Below, piece by piece: positions 18,448 through 28,843 of a stretch of 64,000 nucleotides of DNA. Each line of letters starts with the position of its first letter. Within the stretch, counting starts at the first letter, position 1. The DNA lies in contig JAKVBI010000022.1 in NCBI GenBank assembly GCA_022447545.1, positions 30,903 through 94,902 on the forward strand, written 5' to 3'. The notes below the pieces were generated by a model. The model was given only the letters and a program-made list of their open reading frames with translations. It searched no databases and had not been told where the DNA came from. The translations under genes were made by a program, and so were the position numbers. Source of the DNA: Myxococcota bacterium. Its GTDB lineage: Bacteria; Myxococcota_A; UBA9160; SMWR01.

Positions 18448-19765
18448 GTCGAACACGCTGCTCTGTGTCGCTCTAGGTGTCGCGGCGTGGGTTCGCTGGC
18501 TGGCTCTCGAGCAGTTCGCTGGCGCTCATCTGGCGGGTGATGAGACCTACTATGTGCATCTGGCCGAGGCCATTGCCAACGGAGAGGGGCACGATAGCGC
18601 ATGGCGCCCCCCGCTGTATCCGTTGTTTATGGGGTGGGTGATCTCGCTGTGGCCATCGCTGGATGCTGTGCGTTGGGTACAGATTCTGCTCTCGGTCATC
18701 TCGGTGGGTGTTTTGTTCCGCGTTTGCGACCGTCGGTACGGTGCGCGTCCCGCCTTCGTGACCGGACTGGCTGCGGCACTGTGCCCAGCGCTGGTCCACT
18801 ATGGTCATTTCCTTTGGTCCGAGGCTCTGGCAGCGCCCCTGATGGCGGTCTTCGTCTGGTGTGCGGACCGTTTCGATCGCATGGGGCGTGGGCGCGATGC
18901 CTTTGCGTGCGGAGTGGTTCTGGGGTTGCTGGCTCTCACGAAGGAGGTCTGGGTCTACTTCGGTGCAGTGGTTCTGGTCTGGATGGCCTGGCGCCAGCGA
19001 GCCCGAGCGGCCCGAGCCTCCTCGGTCCTCGCTGCTTGTGCGTTGGGTCTGGCCTGCGTGGTTTTGCCGTGGACGGCCCGAAATTATCTCCAGTCCGGGG
19101 GGTTCGTCCTGATCTCCATGAATCGCTGGTTCCCGATCGCCATGGGGAATTTCTATCCCGACGATGATTGGTATCTGGGTAGCTACAGCCATGATCAGCG
19201 TGAAGCCCTGAAGGATCGAGTCGTGTCCATGTCGGGGCCGGAATACGACGCCATGTGGCAAGAGATCGCACTGGAGTTGATTGCCGATCATCAACCCTGG
19301 TGGGCCTTTCAGAAAAGCATACGGGGCGTAGTTGGGCTCTACAACGTTCGCAGTCAGCCACTTCGATTTCTCGAAGAGGGCTGGGTGAAGCCTTCCCCGT
19401 CGGGTGCGGTGACTCTGGTCGTGACTGAGGTCGGTGGCTACTACGTCTTTATGCTGCTTGGAATTGCGGCATTGTGGTTGGTTCCAGGGGGAGGGCTCAA
19501 ACCACTGGTGGTGCTCGCGGTCCTCTACGTGACGGGCGTGCACCTGATCGCGAATGCGACTCCGCGCTTTCATGTTCCGCTGCTGCCGCTCTTCGCGATC
19601 TACATCGGTCCTCTGATGGCGATGGGGCGCGGGGTGGGCGGACTCCCTCGTTGGCAGAGAGTTGGTGCGGCGATCACCCTGGTCGCTTTCGTCCTGATTC
19701 CGTTGCCGCGTTCCTGGTCGGTGATGGTGGACGTCTGGAATGGAATCGGTGGGGGGACGGGCTGA
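18431..19765 (+). CDS. ArnT/PMT-like GT-C glycosyltransferase
   Basis: AGDETYY, WRPPLYPLF, LWSEALA, LALTKE, VLPWTARNY and PRFHVP; TTG 18431 is the inferred start. Confidence 0.78.
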   Translation: MTPRSESNTLLCVALGVAAWVRWLALEQFAGAHLAGDETYYVHLAEAIANGEGHDSAWRPPLYPLFMGWVISLWPSLDAVRWVQILLSVISVGVLFRVCDRRYGARPAFVTGLAAALCPALVHYGHFLWSEALAAPLMAVFVWCADRFDRMGRGRDAFACGVVLGLLALTKEVWVYFGAVVLVWMAWRQRARAARASSVLAACALGLACVVLPWTARNYLQSGGFVLISMNRWFPIAMGNFYPDDDWYLGSYSHDQREALKDRVVSMSGPEYDAMWQEIALELIADHQPWWAFQKSIRGVVGLYNVRSQPLRFLEEGWVKPSPSGAVTLVVTEVGGYYVFMLLGIAALWLVPGGGLKPLVVLAVLYVTGVHLIANATPRFHVPLLPLFAIYIGPLMAMGRGVGGLPRWQRVGAAITLVAFVLIPLPRSWSVMVDVWNGIGGGTG

Positions 19766-19766
19766 G

Positions 19767-21191
19767 GTGAGCTTTCGTCCTCGTCGGAACTCGAGGAATG
19801 GCCCGGGGCGAATTCTTCGGGGCATGTGCTTCTGCCTGGCTGCGACATTCTGGGTGGGTGTGGGGAGTTGGACTGCGTGTCGACCTTCCGCACCCCCCCG
19901 CCCGGACATCATATTGATCTCCCTCGATACGCTGCGGCGCGATGCAGTCGGTGCTCGAACTTCGGACGGTCGGCCGGTGACTCCAAATCTGGACGCGCTG
20001 GCTACCCGCAGTGTTGAATTCACCCGTGCCTACGCACCTGTGCCTTTTACCCTGACGTCCCACATGACACTCTTTACCGGCTTGAGACCGGCGGTTCACG
20101 GGATGGAGGGGCGAGGGGATCGTCTGAACGCGAAGGCGACGACGCTACCTCAGTTCCTCGAGCGAGCGGGTTACGCAACTCTTGGCGTTTCCACCAACGC
20201 GTGGATGAAGGGCGAGTATGGGTTCGATCGCGGATTCGACCACTACGGAGAAATTCCGCCGGGCGATACGTTTGCCGACCGTGCCATCGATCGCGCACTC
20301 GAGTGGGTGGACGAGAGGCCTCCGGACTCCCCGTTGTTTCTTTTTCTGCATCTGCTCGATGCCCACTCGGATTGGCGGAACCTTCCGTACGATTCGCCCG
20401 ATGAGTACCGCGAGGGCCTGGCCGTTGCCGAGACCACCTTTTGCAGTGACGAGGGGGTGTGTGCCACCCGATTCTTGATCGATTCGGATCGCTCCGACAG
20501 GGAGTTCTCGCAGCGAGAGATGGAGATTCTCCACGAGTTGTACCTACGGGGTGTGGCCTACCTCGACGCTGAACTCGGTCGTTTGTTCGCCGCTCTGGAG
20601 CAGCGAGGGATCTTCGAGCAGGCACTGGTGATCGTGACTTCCGATCACGGGGAGGCGTTTCGAGAACATGGCCGGTTTCTCCACGGACAACCCTACGAGG
20701 AGACCCTTGCCATCCCTCTCCTGATCAAGTTGCCCGATGCGGAAGGGGTGAAACCCCGGAGAGTGTCGGCCCTGGTGTCGAACGAGGATTTGCTGCCCAC
20801 GGTGCTCGAATATCTCGAAGTGACGATCCCTGATGACCTCCAGGGCCGGAGCATGGTTCCTCTCTTGCGGGGGGAAGATGGCGCGCGTGACGTGGTGGTG
20901 GGGGGGGATGCCGTCCATCGCCGTCGTGCCATCGCGGACGATCGGTATCGCCTGGTCGTCGGGTTGGAAGATTCCCGGGTTGAATTGTTCGACCTGAAGC
21001 GGGACCCCCAGGGAGGGGCAGCATCGCGTGTGGAACGGCCGGAGAGGGTGAGGGCACTTCGGTCTCGGCTCGACGAACAAGTTCTCAGAGACACGGAACT
21101 CGCCCGCGAGTACGCGCCGATCCGAGATGGTGAAAGCGTTCTCGACGGTGACGACGAGCGTTGGCTTCGAAGCCTGGGGTACCTGGACTGA
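19767..21191 (+). CDS. Alkaline-phosphatase-superfamily ('sulfatase-like') lipoprotein, Thr-type
   Basis: Lipobox-like WTAC; LDTLRRD, FTLTSHMTLFTG and TSDHGE; C-terminal LRSLGYL. GTG 19767 follows the upstream stop. Confidence 0.85.
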   Translation: MSFRPRRNSRNGPGRILRGMCFCLAATFWVGVGSWTACRPSAPPRPDIILISLDTLRRDAVGARTSDGRPVTPNLDALATRSVEFTRAYAPVPFTLTSHMTLFTGLRPAVHGMEGRGDRLNAKATTLPQFLERAGYATLGVSTNAWMKGEYGFDRGFDHYGEIPPGDTFADRAIDRALEWVDERPPDSPLFLFLHLLDAHSDWRNLPYDSPDEYREGLAVAETTFCSDEGVCATRFLIDSDRSDREFSQREMEILHELYLRGVAYLDAELGRLFAALEQRGIFEQALVIVTSDHGEAFREHGRFLHGQPYEETLAIPLLIKLPDAEGVKPRRVSALVSNEDLLPTVLEYLEVTIPDDLQGRSMVPLLRGEDGARDVVVGGDAVHRRRAIADDRYRLVVGLEDSRVELFDLKRDPQGGAASRVERPERVRALRSRLDEQVLRDTELAREYAPIRDGESVLDGDDERWLRSLGYLD

Positions 21192-21218
21192 GGCGAGTCA
21201 TGCGGGGGTCCAGGGCGG

Positions 21219-22538
21219 GTGGTACGCTCGATCCAGCGTCGTGATGGTTCGGCGCGGCAAGCAACTGGGATGGTTGGTCCTTCACCTCGCTTTCGCCTTT
21301 ACACCACGCCCCGCAGCTATTGGACGCTCGTGCGGGAGAGCGCGCTATCGGGGTTCTCGGTAGGAGACGCCCTTCCTCGGCTGGAAGATGCCGTGGCACG
21401 GCGTGTGGGACTCCCCCACGCCGTGGCGACCGCCCGTGCGAGAACGGGTCTTTTTCTGGCCGTTCGCCAACTCGTCGAGCCTGGACGAGAAGTGGTCTTG
21501 TCGCCCTACACGATTCACGAAGTTGTGAACATGGTGATCTGTGCCGGGGGGGTGCCCGTGTTCGCAGACATCGACCGTGCGACCTGCAATCTAGATCCTG
21601 CGGCAGCCCAGGCGGCGATCACAGAGTCCACGGGAGCGGTGCTGGCAACGCATCTTCACGGTCTTGCCATGGACCTGGAACCCATGGCGAGATGGTGTGC
21701 TGCGCGCGGTATCGCCCTCATCGAGGACGCTGCTCAAGCGTTTGGAGCTCGAGTGGGTGGACGATCCGTAGGAAGTTTCGGCGATGCCGGGGTGTTCAGT
21801 TTCGGGATGTACAAGAATCTCACGAGCTTTCTCGGAGGGATGTTGGTGACGCCTCACCAGGAGGCCGCGGATGGCTGGCGCCGTGCGAGGTCCTCGTACC
21901 CTGCGACACCATTCGGAGAAATTCTGGGGGAGATGGGCCGTGCGGCGAGTACCGACCTGGCCACCTGGCCACCGCTCTTCCGTCCTCTGGTGTTCCCCCT
22001 GTTTCGCTTCGGGTACCTGCGCGGGATTGGCTGGCTCAACAGTCGTGTGACGGTCGAAAGCAATCCCTTGGCGCGAGAAGGAGAACCCCGGGAGTACATG
22101 GTGCAGATGCGTTCTGCCCAGGCGAAGGTGGCCCTCGATCGGATGGAGGGTGTCGATGAGGATGTAGCCGTTCGCATCGAACACGCGCGTCGGTATCAAG
22201 AGGGGCTCGGGGATCTGGATGCGCTCTTGTTGCCTCCGTGGCGGGAGGATGGATCTCACACGTACAGCTACTTCCCCGTTCAGTTCGAAGACCGCGAAGC
22301 GCTGATCCGTCACATGATGCGTTCGGGTTGTGATGTTGCTGCTCAGCACCTGAGAAATTGTGCCGACCTGCCGTGTTTCGAGGCCTACGCCCGGGATTGT
22401 CCCCAGGCCAGGCTGACGGCGGCTTCCACCATTCTGCTGCCCACCTATCCGCGGTACGGGGTCGAGGACGTTGAACGCAACGTTCGCGCGATCCGTTGCT
22501 TCTTCGGTAGGAATCCGGGTGGGGCGGTGTTTTCGTGA
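21219..22538 (+). CDS. DegT/DnrJ/EryC1/StrS PLP-dependent sugar aminotransferase
   Basis: IEDAAQAFG and SFGMYKNL (PLP lysine). Start 21219 or ATG 21270. Confidence 0.88.
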   Translation: MVRSIQRRDGSARQATGMVGPSPRFRLYTTPRSYWTLVRESALSGFSVGDALPRLEDAVARRVGLPHAVATARARTGLFLAVRQLVEPGREVVLSPYTIHEVVNMVICAGGVPVFADIDRATCNLDPAAAQAAITESTGAVLATHLHGLAMDLEPMARWCAARGIALIEDAAQAFGARVGGRSVGSFGDAGVFSFGMYKNLTSFLGGMLVTPHQEAADGWRRARSSYPATPFGEILGEMGRAASTDLATWPPLFRPLVFPLFRFGYLRGIGWLNSRVTVESNPLAREGEPREYMVQMRSAQAKVALDRMEGVDEDVAVRIEHARRYQEGLGDLDALLLPPWREDGSHTYSYFPVQFEDREALIRHMMRSGCDVAAQHLRNCADLPCFEAYARDCPQARLTAASTILLPTYPRYGVEDVERNVRAIRCFFGRNPGGAVFS

Positions 22539-24208
22539 CGGTCGCCGTCATTGGATCGGGTCCGTCGGGCGTGGCCGTGGCTAGTGCGTTGCTCGAAGGA
22601 GGGGTCGAAGTCGAGATGCTCGACTTTGGACACGTCATCGATCCCGAGGCGGAGAGTCTGGCCCAGGCGTTGAGGGAGGAGTCGGCGGGCCCGGAAGACC
22701 GGAGGCGCTTGGAGTCCGTGGGGGCTCGGAGGGACTTCAAGGCCTCGTTGCTTCACTGGCTCGACGTCCTGCGGGGGAAGGCACCCCTGCTCGATGTCAC
22801 CGAGAAACTGCGGCTGGGGTCAGGTTTTGCGTTCGAGGATGTCGGGTGGGGGGTCCCGGCCCGCGCGGGTGGGGCGCCCCTGGCGAGATCCCTGGCGCGC
22901 GGGGGGTTGTCGAACGTCTGGGGAGCGGCCTGTTATCCCTTGGCGAAGGGTGAGTTCACAAACTGGCCCCTGGCCGAAGTCGATCTATCGCCCCATTACA
23001 CGGAGGCCACGCGCATCCTGTCTCTGAGTCAAATCGAGGACGGGCTTAGCAGCGTCTACCCCCTCTACGGCAAAGCCTCGGGCAGTCTGCCTCTCAACGA
23101 AGCGGCCCGGGGCCTTGCCAATCACTGGGCGTCTCGGGGGGATCGCCTGGCGGCACTGGGTGTCCACGCGGGTAGAGCGCGTCTCGCCGTGCGGAGCGAA
23201 GACAACGAAACCGGTGTCGGTTGTCGCTCGTGCGGGCTTTGCCTTTCGGGTTGTCCCTACGACTCGATCTACCGAGCAGATTGGACATTGGAACGGTTGG
23301 AGGAGCACGCTTCGTTTCGCTATCAGGGCGGCCTGTGGGTCCAGCGTTTCGTCGAGGACTCATCGGGGGTGCGCGTGGAGGCGCTTGCTGTCGAAGGGCG
23401 GGAGCGGGTGGAAAAAACCTATCGCGCGGTTTTTCTGGCCGCTGGAACCCTCTCGAGCCTCCGGATTGCGGCACAGTCCCTGGGGTATCTGGATCGACCG
23501 GTGCGCCTGTTCGACAACGATCTGTATCTGGTTCCTCTTTGGTGTAGAGCGGAAACCGCGGTGTCGAGTGCACCCCCCCGTTTCAGTCTCAACGAGTTGG
23601 CGCTGCGGATCGAGGTGGAGGGGGAGCCCCTCCACGTCCAGTTGTACGCCATGAGTTCCCAGGTGGTTGAGCGCTTTCGGCCTCTGCTGTCGATTCTTCC
23701 CAAGGCGGTGCAGGGATGGATCGATGGACAGATGGGACGTCTGATGTTGGGATTCGTCTTTCTGCCGGGCCGGAGTTCAGCACGGATCGAGGCCAGGGTC
23801 GTGGGGGACGACCCCGTCGCCGAAGTGAGGTTGAGTCAGCAGCGCAACGCCGAGGGGCGCAAACGAGTGGGGGAATTGATGCGTTTCCTGCGCCGTCACC
23901 GGGAGGATCTGGGCCTGGTGCCTGTGTGGACCCCTTTTCGTTCGACACCAGCGGGTCACAGCGGAGGGCACCTGGCGGGAGGACTCCCCATGACCGCGAG
24001 CCCCGGCGTGCTGGAAACGGATTCGAATGGCCAGTTGCAGGGTGCGGAGGCCGTGTTCGCTGTGGACTCAGCGGTGTTGCCCGATCTGCCCGCCCAGAAT
24101 TCGACCTACACCATCATGGCCAACGCCCATCGGATCGGTGTTGCATACGCGGCCGGTCGAGGATTGCGACCGAGTGATTCGCCAGGGTCAGAACCACTCC
24201 CGGAGTAG
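22535..24208 (+). CDS. GMC-type FAD oxidoreductase with Cys cluster
   Basis: VIGSGPSG, RGGLSNVWG, CRSCGLCLSGCP, GHLAGG and AVDSAVLP; GTGA overlap with the DegT stop; no signal peptide. Confidence 0.82.
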   Translation: MTVAVIGSGPSGVAVASALLEGGVEVEMLDFGHVIDPEAESLAQALREESAGPEDRRRLESVGARRDFKASLLHWLDVLRGKAPLLDVTEKLRLGSGFAFEDVGWGVPARAGGAPLARSLARGGLSNVWGAACYPLAKGEFTNWPLAEVDLSPHYTEATRILSLSQIEDGLSSVYPLYGKASGSLPLNEAARGLANHWASRGDRLAALGVHAGRARLAVRSEDNETGVGCRSCGLCLSGCPYDSIYRADWTLERLEEHASFRYQGGLWVQRFVEDSSGVRVEALAVEGRERVEKTYRAVFLAAGTLSSLRIAAQSLGYLDRPVRLFDNDLYLVPLWCRAETAVSSAPPRFSLNELALRIEVEGEPLHVQLYAMSSQVVERFRPLLSILPKAVQGWIDGQMGRLMLGFVFLPGRSSARIEARVVGDDPVAEVRLSQQRNAEGRKRVGELMRFLRRHREDLGLVPVWTPFRSTPAGHSGGHLAGGLPMTASPGVLETDSNGQLQGAEAVFAVDSAVLPDLPAQNSTYTIMANAHRIGVAYAAGRGLRPSDSPGSEPLPE

Positions 24209-25420
24209 GGGGAAGGTGGGGTCCATGCGGTGGGCTAGTGGCACCGCATACCAGAAAAGGCCACTCGCGAGGTGGAGCGCGAAGGCGCCCCCGCACACGC
24301 GGACGCGAATTCGCGTTCCCGGGGCCGACACGTCGGGGAGCGCGGCCTTGTCCATCAGGAAGCGCAATGAGCAGACGAACAACAGGAACAATGCGATCTG
24401 CGCCGACCAGAGGAAATTCCCATCGAGGTTCCTTGGGCCCGTTTCTGCCAGCAGGTACGCGTAGAGGGAACCCACCACGAAGGTCGACCAGGCGAGAATC
24501 AGCGAGCGGCTGCGTCGCGTTTCGCTCCACCAGGCTCCCAGAACCAGGGCCGGAAAAAGAATCGACATTGCGTACTTGATCGCGAGGTGGTCAGGGGACA
24601 GGGTGCCCATGACCGCTAGCGGCGCCCATTCGATGGAACTGGGGGTGTGGCTCGGATGGGCGGCCTGACCTGCTGAGTACGTGTACAGGTACTGCCACGC
24701 GAGCACGGCACAAGCCGGAAAAGCAATTCCCATCCCCAATGCCCGCAGGTCGGGAAGCGGTTTCGAGCGTCGAGTTAGGAAGACCGCGGCGCAAAGCGCG
24801 GGGAGCAGGGCGATGGTGTAACTGGGCTTCGCGAGGGTGGCGAGGATGACGATGGCCGCCGTCCCCATGATTCGTCCCAGGCCGACGTGTGCGCCCGGTT
24901 CGAGGGATCGGCAAGCCGCGATGAAGACCCATAGGGCGAGGGGTTTGAGGAGGGCCATGCTGGGGCTGTGGTGGGCGCTGATGGCGACGTACCCGTGATA
25001 GAGGTTGCGGTCGCCGGCGGTGAAGAGGTTCACGGGCATGACCAGCATGAGGCTCAAGGTCAGGCCTGCGATCACGAGGGGGGCTCGAAGACCGTGGGCC
25101 CTGGTCCGGCTTTGTTCGAGGAGCGAATAGAGGAGGGTGGCCAGGAGCAGTTGTGCGAAAAGGGAAACTCCGAAGGCGGCATTCAGGCTCGACAGCCCGG
25201 GAACCGCGAGGTGAAGGAGCGCGGTCAGACCGGCGAAGAGAAAATTGGGAAGAGGGATCCGGGTGGTTCCGTGGCGAGCCCAGTGTTCGGCCTCTCTCGC
25301 GTGAACCGTATAGTCCGATTCGCCGCCCAGGGCCCACAACATGCCGCTTGCTAGAAGCGCTGTGCTGATCAGCAGGAGGGTCAGGCCGCCGGGAAGCGGC
25401 TGCGAGGGGTGCGAACTCAC
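24188..25420 (-). CDS. Polytopic membrane protein, putative GT-C glycosyltransferase
   Basis: SDYTVH in the first loop, HHSPSMALLKP, LAKPSY and about 10 TMs; GTG 25420 overlaps the upstream stop (GTGA). Confidence 0.55.
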   Translation of the reverse strand: MSSHPSQPLPGGLTLLLISTALLASGMLWALGGESDYTVHAREAEHWARHGTTRIPLPNFLFAGLTALLHLAVPGLSSLNAAFGVSLFAQLLLATLLYSLLEQSRTRAHGLRAPLVIAGLTLSLMLVMPVNLFTAGDRNLYHGYVAISAHHSPSMALLKPLALWVFIAACRSLEPGAHVGLGRIMGTAAIVILATLAKPSYTIALLPALCAAVFLTRRSKPLPDLRALGMGIAFPACAVLAWQYLYTYSAGQAAHPSHTPSSIEWAPLAVMGTLSPDHLAIKYAMSILFPALVLGAWWSETRRSRSLILAWSTFVVGSLYAYLLAETGPRNLDGNFLWSAQIALFLLFVCSLRFLMDKAALPDVSAPGTRIRVRVCGGAFALHLASGLFWYAVPLAHRMDPTFPLLREWF

Positions 25421-27555
25421 GGCGCCGCCGTCAGGCGGGCCAAGCTCGCCTGTGCTTGTGCGTGGTGGGGGGCTTTCTCTATGACCTGGGTCCAGACACG
25501 TCGTGCTGCCTCGACGTCGCCCATCAAGTGGAAGCAGGCGCCCAGGTCGAACCCATGGTCCGGGGGGCGCGTCTCGGGTCGGGAGGACTCTCGATGACGG
25601 GCGATCCGGCTCTGGCAATTGGCGGCTCGTTTGCGGTTGAGCACCTCATGGGCAGCTCTTACGTCCGGTCGTTCCAGGGTCTTCGGCTCCACCCGGGAAA
25701 GAGCGTCGCCGGCGCCCACCGGGTCGCCCAGGACATCCCGCAGCAAGCCCAGGTGTAGCCAGTAGTGGGGGTCGTCGGGGCGTAGGTCGACCGCTTGTTC
25801 GTAGGCGTCCCGTGCGGCTCTAAGGGACCCCATGGTGATCAGCAGTTTTGCCATGCTATCGACGCCGCTGGCGTCTGGAACCTGTGGGAAGACTCCATCG
25901 AGCCAATTGGCCGGTGTGTCGAAGCGCGGTGGCGTGGCATGCGGGCGAATGGGGTCACTCCAGTCGATCGCCAACTCCTGGAGCTTGGCCTGGGTGTTCG
26001 GTGTCAGTCGCACGAAGGCCGCGTAGGCTTCATCGAAGTAGACAGCGATCCATTCCGGGTGTTGCTCGAGGGCTGCGATGACATCCATCCGGTAGAGGTG
26101 CCGTAACACCGCCGTGTTCAGACCCTGTTCGTCGAGGATTTGGAGATAGCCCTCGGGCGTCTCCAACTGGGTCAGTAGGTTGCCGAGCAGGTCCTGACCA
26201 TAGACCTCGAGTCGCCCGTCCAGGAAGACGCTCCGTTCGCCGCCGCGATAGAGCAGATACCCCCCATCGCTCAAGTCTCCCATGACGGGCCGGGGGAGCC
26301 CCTGCTCCTCGATAAAGGCCCAGGCGCGGATCGGAAAGCGCTCCTCCACCACCCCAAAGCCGAAGGCATGGGGCATGCGTTGGGAGCGCCAGAAGTGGTT
26401 GGTGGCCGCGGAGAGGCAAAGCGCCAGCGAGAGCGTCAAGGTGATGGCTCTGGCCATGCCTGGCAAGCCGTCGTAGAGCCACCGGGGTGCCGGAGAGAGT
26501 TCCCGCGGTGCGGTGAGCCATTCTCTCAGGTTCGCGGTGAGCACGACGCCGGCCACGATTCCGAACAGGGATGCGTTACGAGTCGATAGGAGAGAGAGGA
26601 GGAGAAAACCCGTCCACCAGGCCAGTCGGGTGAGGACGAACCTCTGGGGGCAGAGCAGGAAGGAGGCCGACGACACCCAGAGCACGCCCAGATAGGCCAT
26701 GAACTGGAAGTTCAGGCGACCGTCGAGCAGCGGGCTGCGAAGTTCGTCGATCATCAGGCTCATGTCGCTCCCCGCCTGAATCTGTTGCCAGAGGGTGACG
26801 GGGTAGAGGGCGCCATCCAGGAAGTAGGGGGTGGCCAGACCGCACAGAGAGAGCAGGACGGCCGTTGCCGTGAGTGCAGTGAGGCGCCGACCCCGTACGG
26901 GGTGAAGGTCTCCCGTTAACACATTCCACCTGTGTGCGAGGGTTCCCTGGGTGGCTTCGCAGATCACCGAGGTCCAGAGCAGAACGGGTCCGAGGATGGA
27001 AAGCGTATGGGTGTTGGCCCAGAGGATCTGGATGAGTGGGAGAGAGAGCAGCCAACCGGTTTGACCTCGTCGCTTGTACTGGTCGAGGCACAACAGCGTC
27101 GCCGAAAGCCACAAGAAGCTCATGACCTCGGGACGTAGACGCAACCGCGGATAGATGAGGATGAGGGCACAGAGGAGACCCAACGGACGAACCCAAGTTG
27201 CGCCTGCCCTCATGGTCTTCGCCAGTACGAGAAATGCGATCACGATCAGGGCGGTCTTTGCCAGGATCAGGCCGTTGAGTCCAGAGACGGCGGCGATCCC
27301 GTGGATCAGCAGGTAATAGAGCCAGCGTAGTTCGATCCAGGGTCGGTCGGGGAACGCGAAGCTGAAGGGATCGAGACGGGGTAACCCGTTTTCGAGGATC
27401 CAGCCGCCGGTGGCGTACTGCCACCAGAAGTCCACGGCAATGATTTTGTGCACCGACAGGGCGATGACAGCCGAGAAGAGGGCTGCCAGGGTGAGGCGGT
27501 CTAACCAGCGCCACCTCAGCGAGTCCGGTTTCTGACCCGGATCTGATTGGTACAT
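25417..27555 (-). CDS. GT-C-like membrane protein with C-terminal TPRs
   Basis: AVDFWWQYATG..DPFSF, LRLRPE, LWANTH and VFLDGRLEVY; TPR helices near the C-terminus. Confidence 0.65.
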   Translation of the reverse strand: MYQSDPGQKPDSLRWRWLDRLTLAALFSAVIALSVHKIIAVDFWWQYATGGWILENGLPRLDPFSFAFPDRPWIELRWLYYLLIHGIAAVSGLNGLILAKTALIVIAFLVLAKTMRAGATWVRPLGLLCALILIYPRLRLRPEVMSFLWLSATLLCLDQYKRRGQTGWLLSLPLIQILWANTHTLSILGPVLLWTSVICEATQGTLAHRWNVLTGDLHPVRGRRLTALTATAVLLSLCGLATPYFLDGALYPVTLWQQIQAGSDMSLMIDELRSPLLDGRLNFQFMAYLGVLWVSSASFLLCPQRFVLTRLAWWTGFLLLSLLSTRNASLFGIVAGVVLTANLREWLTAPRELSPAPRWLYDGLPGMARAITLTLSLALCLSAATNHFWRSQRMPHAFGFGVVEERFPIRAWAFIEEQGLPRPVMGDLSDGGYLLYRGGERSVFLDGRLEVYGQDLLGNLLTQLETPEGYLQILDEQGLNTAVLRHLYRMDVIAALEQHPEWIAVYFDEAYAAFVRLTPNTQAKLQELAIDWSDPIRPHATPPRFDTPANWLDGVFPQVPDASGVDSMAKLLITMGSLRAARDAYEQAVDLRPDDPHYWLHLGLLRDVLGDPVGAGDALSRVEPKTLERPDVRAAHEVLNRKRAANCQSRIARHRESSRPETRPPDHGFDLGACFHLMGDVEAARRVWTQVIEKAPHHAQAQASLARLTAAP

Positions 27556-27766
27556 CCCGCGACGCCTGTCTCCCGTGGCCGGTCATGCGTTCTCATCCTG
27601 CCCCGATGGTGGATGCCGGAGGAGCCTGTAGTGCCAAACGGTTTCTCGGTTACGCGACCTGAGAAAAGAAGGTGATGGTCAGTGCTGGGCGGGGCGCCCT
27701 AGAGTGTACCTAACGGGCGGAGAGGCCGTGGTGCTCCACCCGGGGTGGGGCATTGGTTCCGTTGGG

Positions 27767-28843
27767 TCAGCGGTCGCCCACCCAACTAAAGCGCAGGCCG
27801 GCGTGTGCCACGATCGAGTATCGATCGTAGGTCTGCCTGAGTTCGCCTCGGCCCGGTACGCCCACCCGTGCCGCATCGTTTCCCGTCGGGGCAGGCACGC
27901 GGGAGTTCTCGTTTCTGGGTGGAACTGCCGTGCTGATTCGGCTGAAGCCGATGGTGCGGTTGCTGAGGTAGATGGGGACGAGGGCGTCGGCGTACACGCC
28001 GATCAGAATCGGGCCTCGTCGTCCGAGGTCGACGCTCAACCCCAAACCGGGCGCGAGGGCGTGGAAGACGTCGGTCTGAGAGTAGTACTGCTTGAAGCGC
28101 TGCTGGTTGGCTCCGGTGATGGGGGTGGTGCCGGGTGTCGGGTACTGGGCCAGCAGCTCCCTGTAGCTCACCAGATGTTTGATTCGATCGCCGTAGTAGT
28201 TGATGGAGGGCTTGATGGCGACCTTGTACTCACTCAGGGGGACATCGAAGGAAAGGCCAGCTCCGACCCACCACAGTCCCTTGGGAGTTGCGTCGGCGAT
28301 ACCGAAGATTTCCGTACTGCCGATCGGGTCTACGCGGGTGCCCGTTGGGTTGAGTTCTTTGATCGCACGGACCGTTCCGAGCTCTTTGTCGATTCCCTGA
28401 GGAAAGCCGTATCCCGCGTGGATGAAGGCGCGAGGTTTTCCCGCGAGCTGCTCGATCTCCGGGGAGAGGAATTCGAGCGAAAGGGGAACCACCGCTCCCG
28501 CGAGGCTCGCCGAATTCGTGTTTCCCAAAGGAAGCACACAGGGGTCGGCGCCGACCAGGTTCAACCGGCCGTCGCAGAACGCCGCGTTGCTCACGCCGTA
28601 GATGTCGGTGCCGGTGTTGGGGAGCGTCAAGTCGGTCTTCTGGATGTCGCCTGCGAAGCCGCCGAAGAATCGGCTGACGAGGTCGGCGGAGTAGATACCT
28701 ACGCCAACGGTCACCGAGGGGGTCCAACCGGACCACATATCCTTTTTCTTCGGATTCGCGTCTTCGGCCGAGGCCGGAGAGAGGGCCAAGATCAGCAGGA
28801 CGCCGCCCACCAGCGGGCGAATCTTTTGTGTCGGGCGGTGCAT
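27767..28843 (-). CDS. Hypothetical exported protein, probable outer membrane beta-barrel
   Basis: GAGGA SD; signal peptide ending ASA; alternating aromatic/Gly strands; C-terminal AHAGLRFSW. Confidence 0.65.
   Translation of the reverse strand: MHRPTQKIRPLVGGVLLILALSPASAEDANPKKKDMWSGWTPSVTVGVGIYSADLVSRFFGGFAGDIQKTDLTLPNTGTDIYGVSNAAFCDGRLNLVGADPCVLPLGNTNSASLAGAVVPLSLEFLSPEIEQLAGKPRAFIHAGYGFPQGIDKELGTVRAIKELNPTGTRVDPIGSTEIFGIADATPKGLWWVGAGLSFDVPLSEYKVAIKPSINYYGDRIKHLVSYRELLAQYPTPGTTPITGANQQRFKQYYSQTDVFHALAPGLGLSVDLGRRGPILIGVYADALVPIYLSNRTIGFSRISTAVPPRNENSRVPAPTGNDAARVGVPGRGELRQTYDRYSIVAHAGLRFSWVGDR

Noticed and set aside
19767-21191. LRxLGYL C-termini as exosortase sorting signals
   Set aside because: No following TM helix or basic tail; the motif looks like part of the enzyme family's own C-terminus.
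27736-27749. Perfect 14-bp palindrome CCACCCCGGGGTGG after the beta-barrel gene
   Set aside because: Single copy, pure GC, no U-tract; cannot distinguish a terminator or operator from chance.
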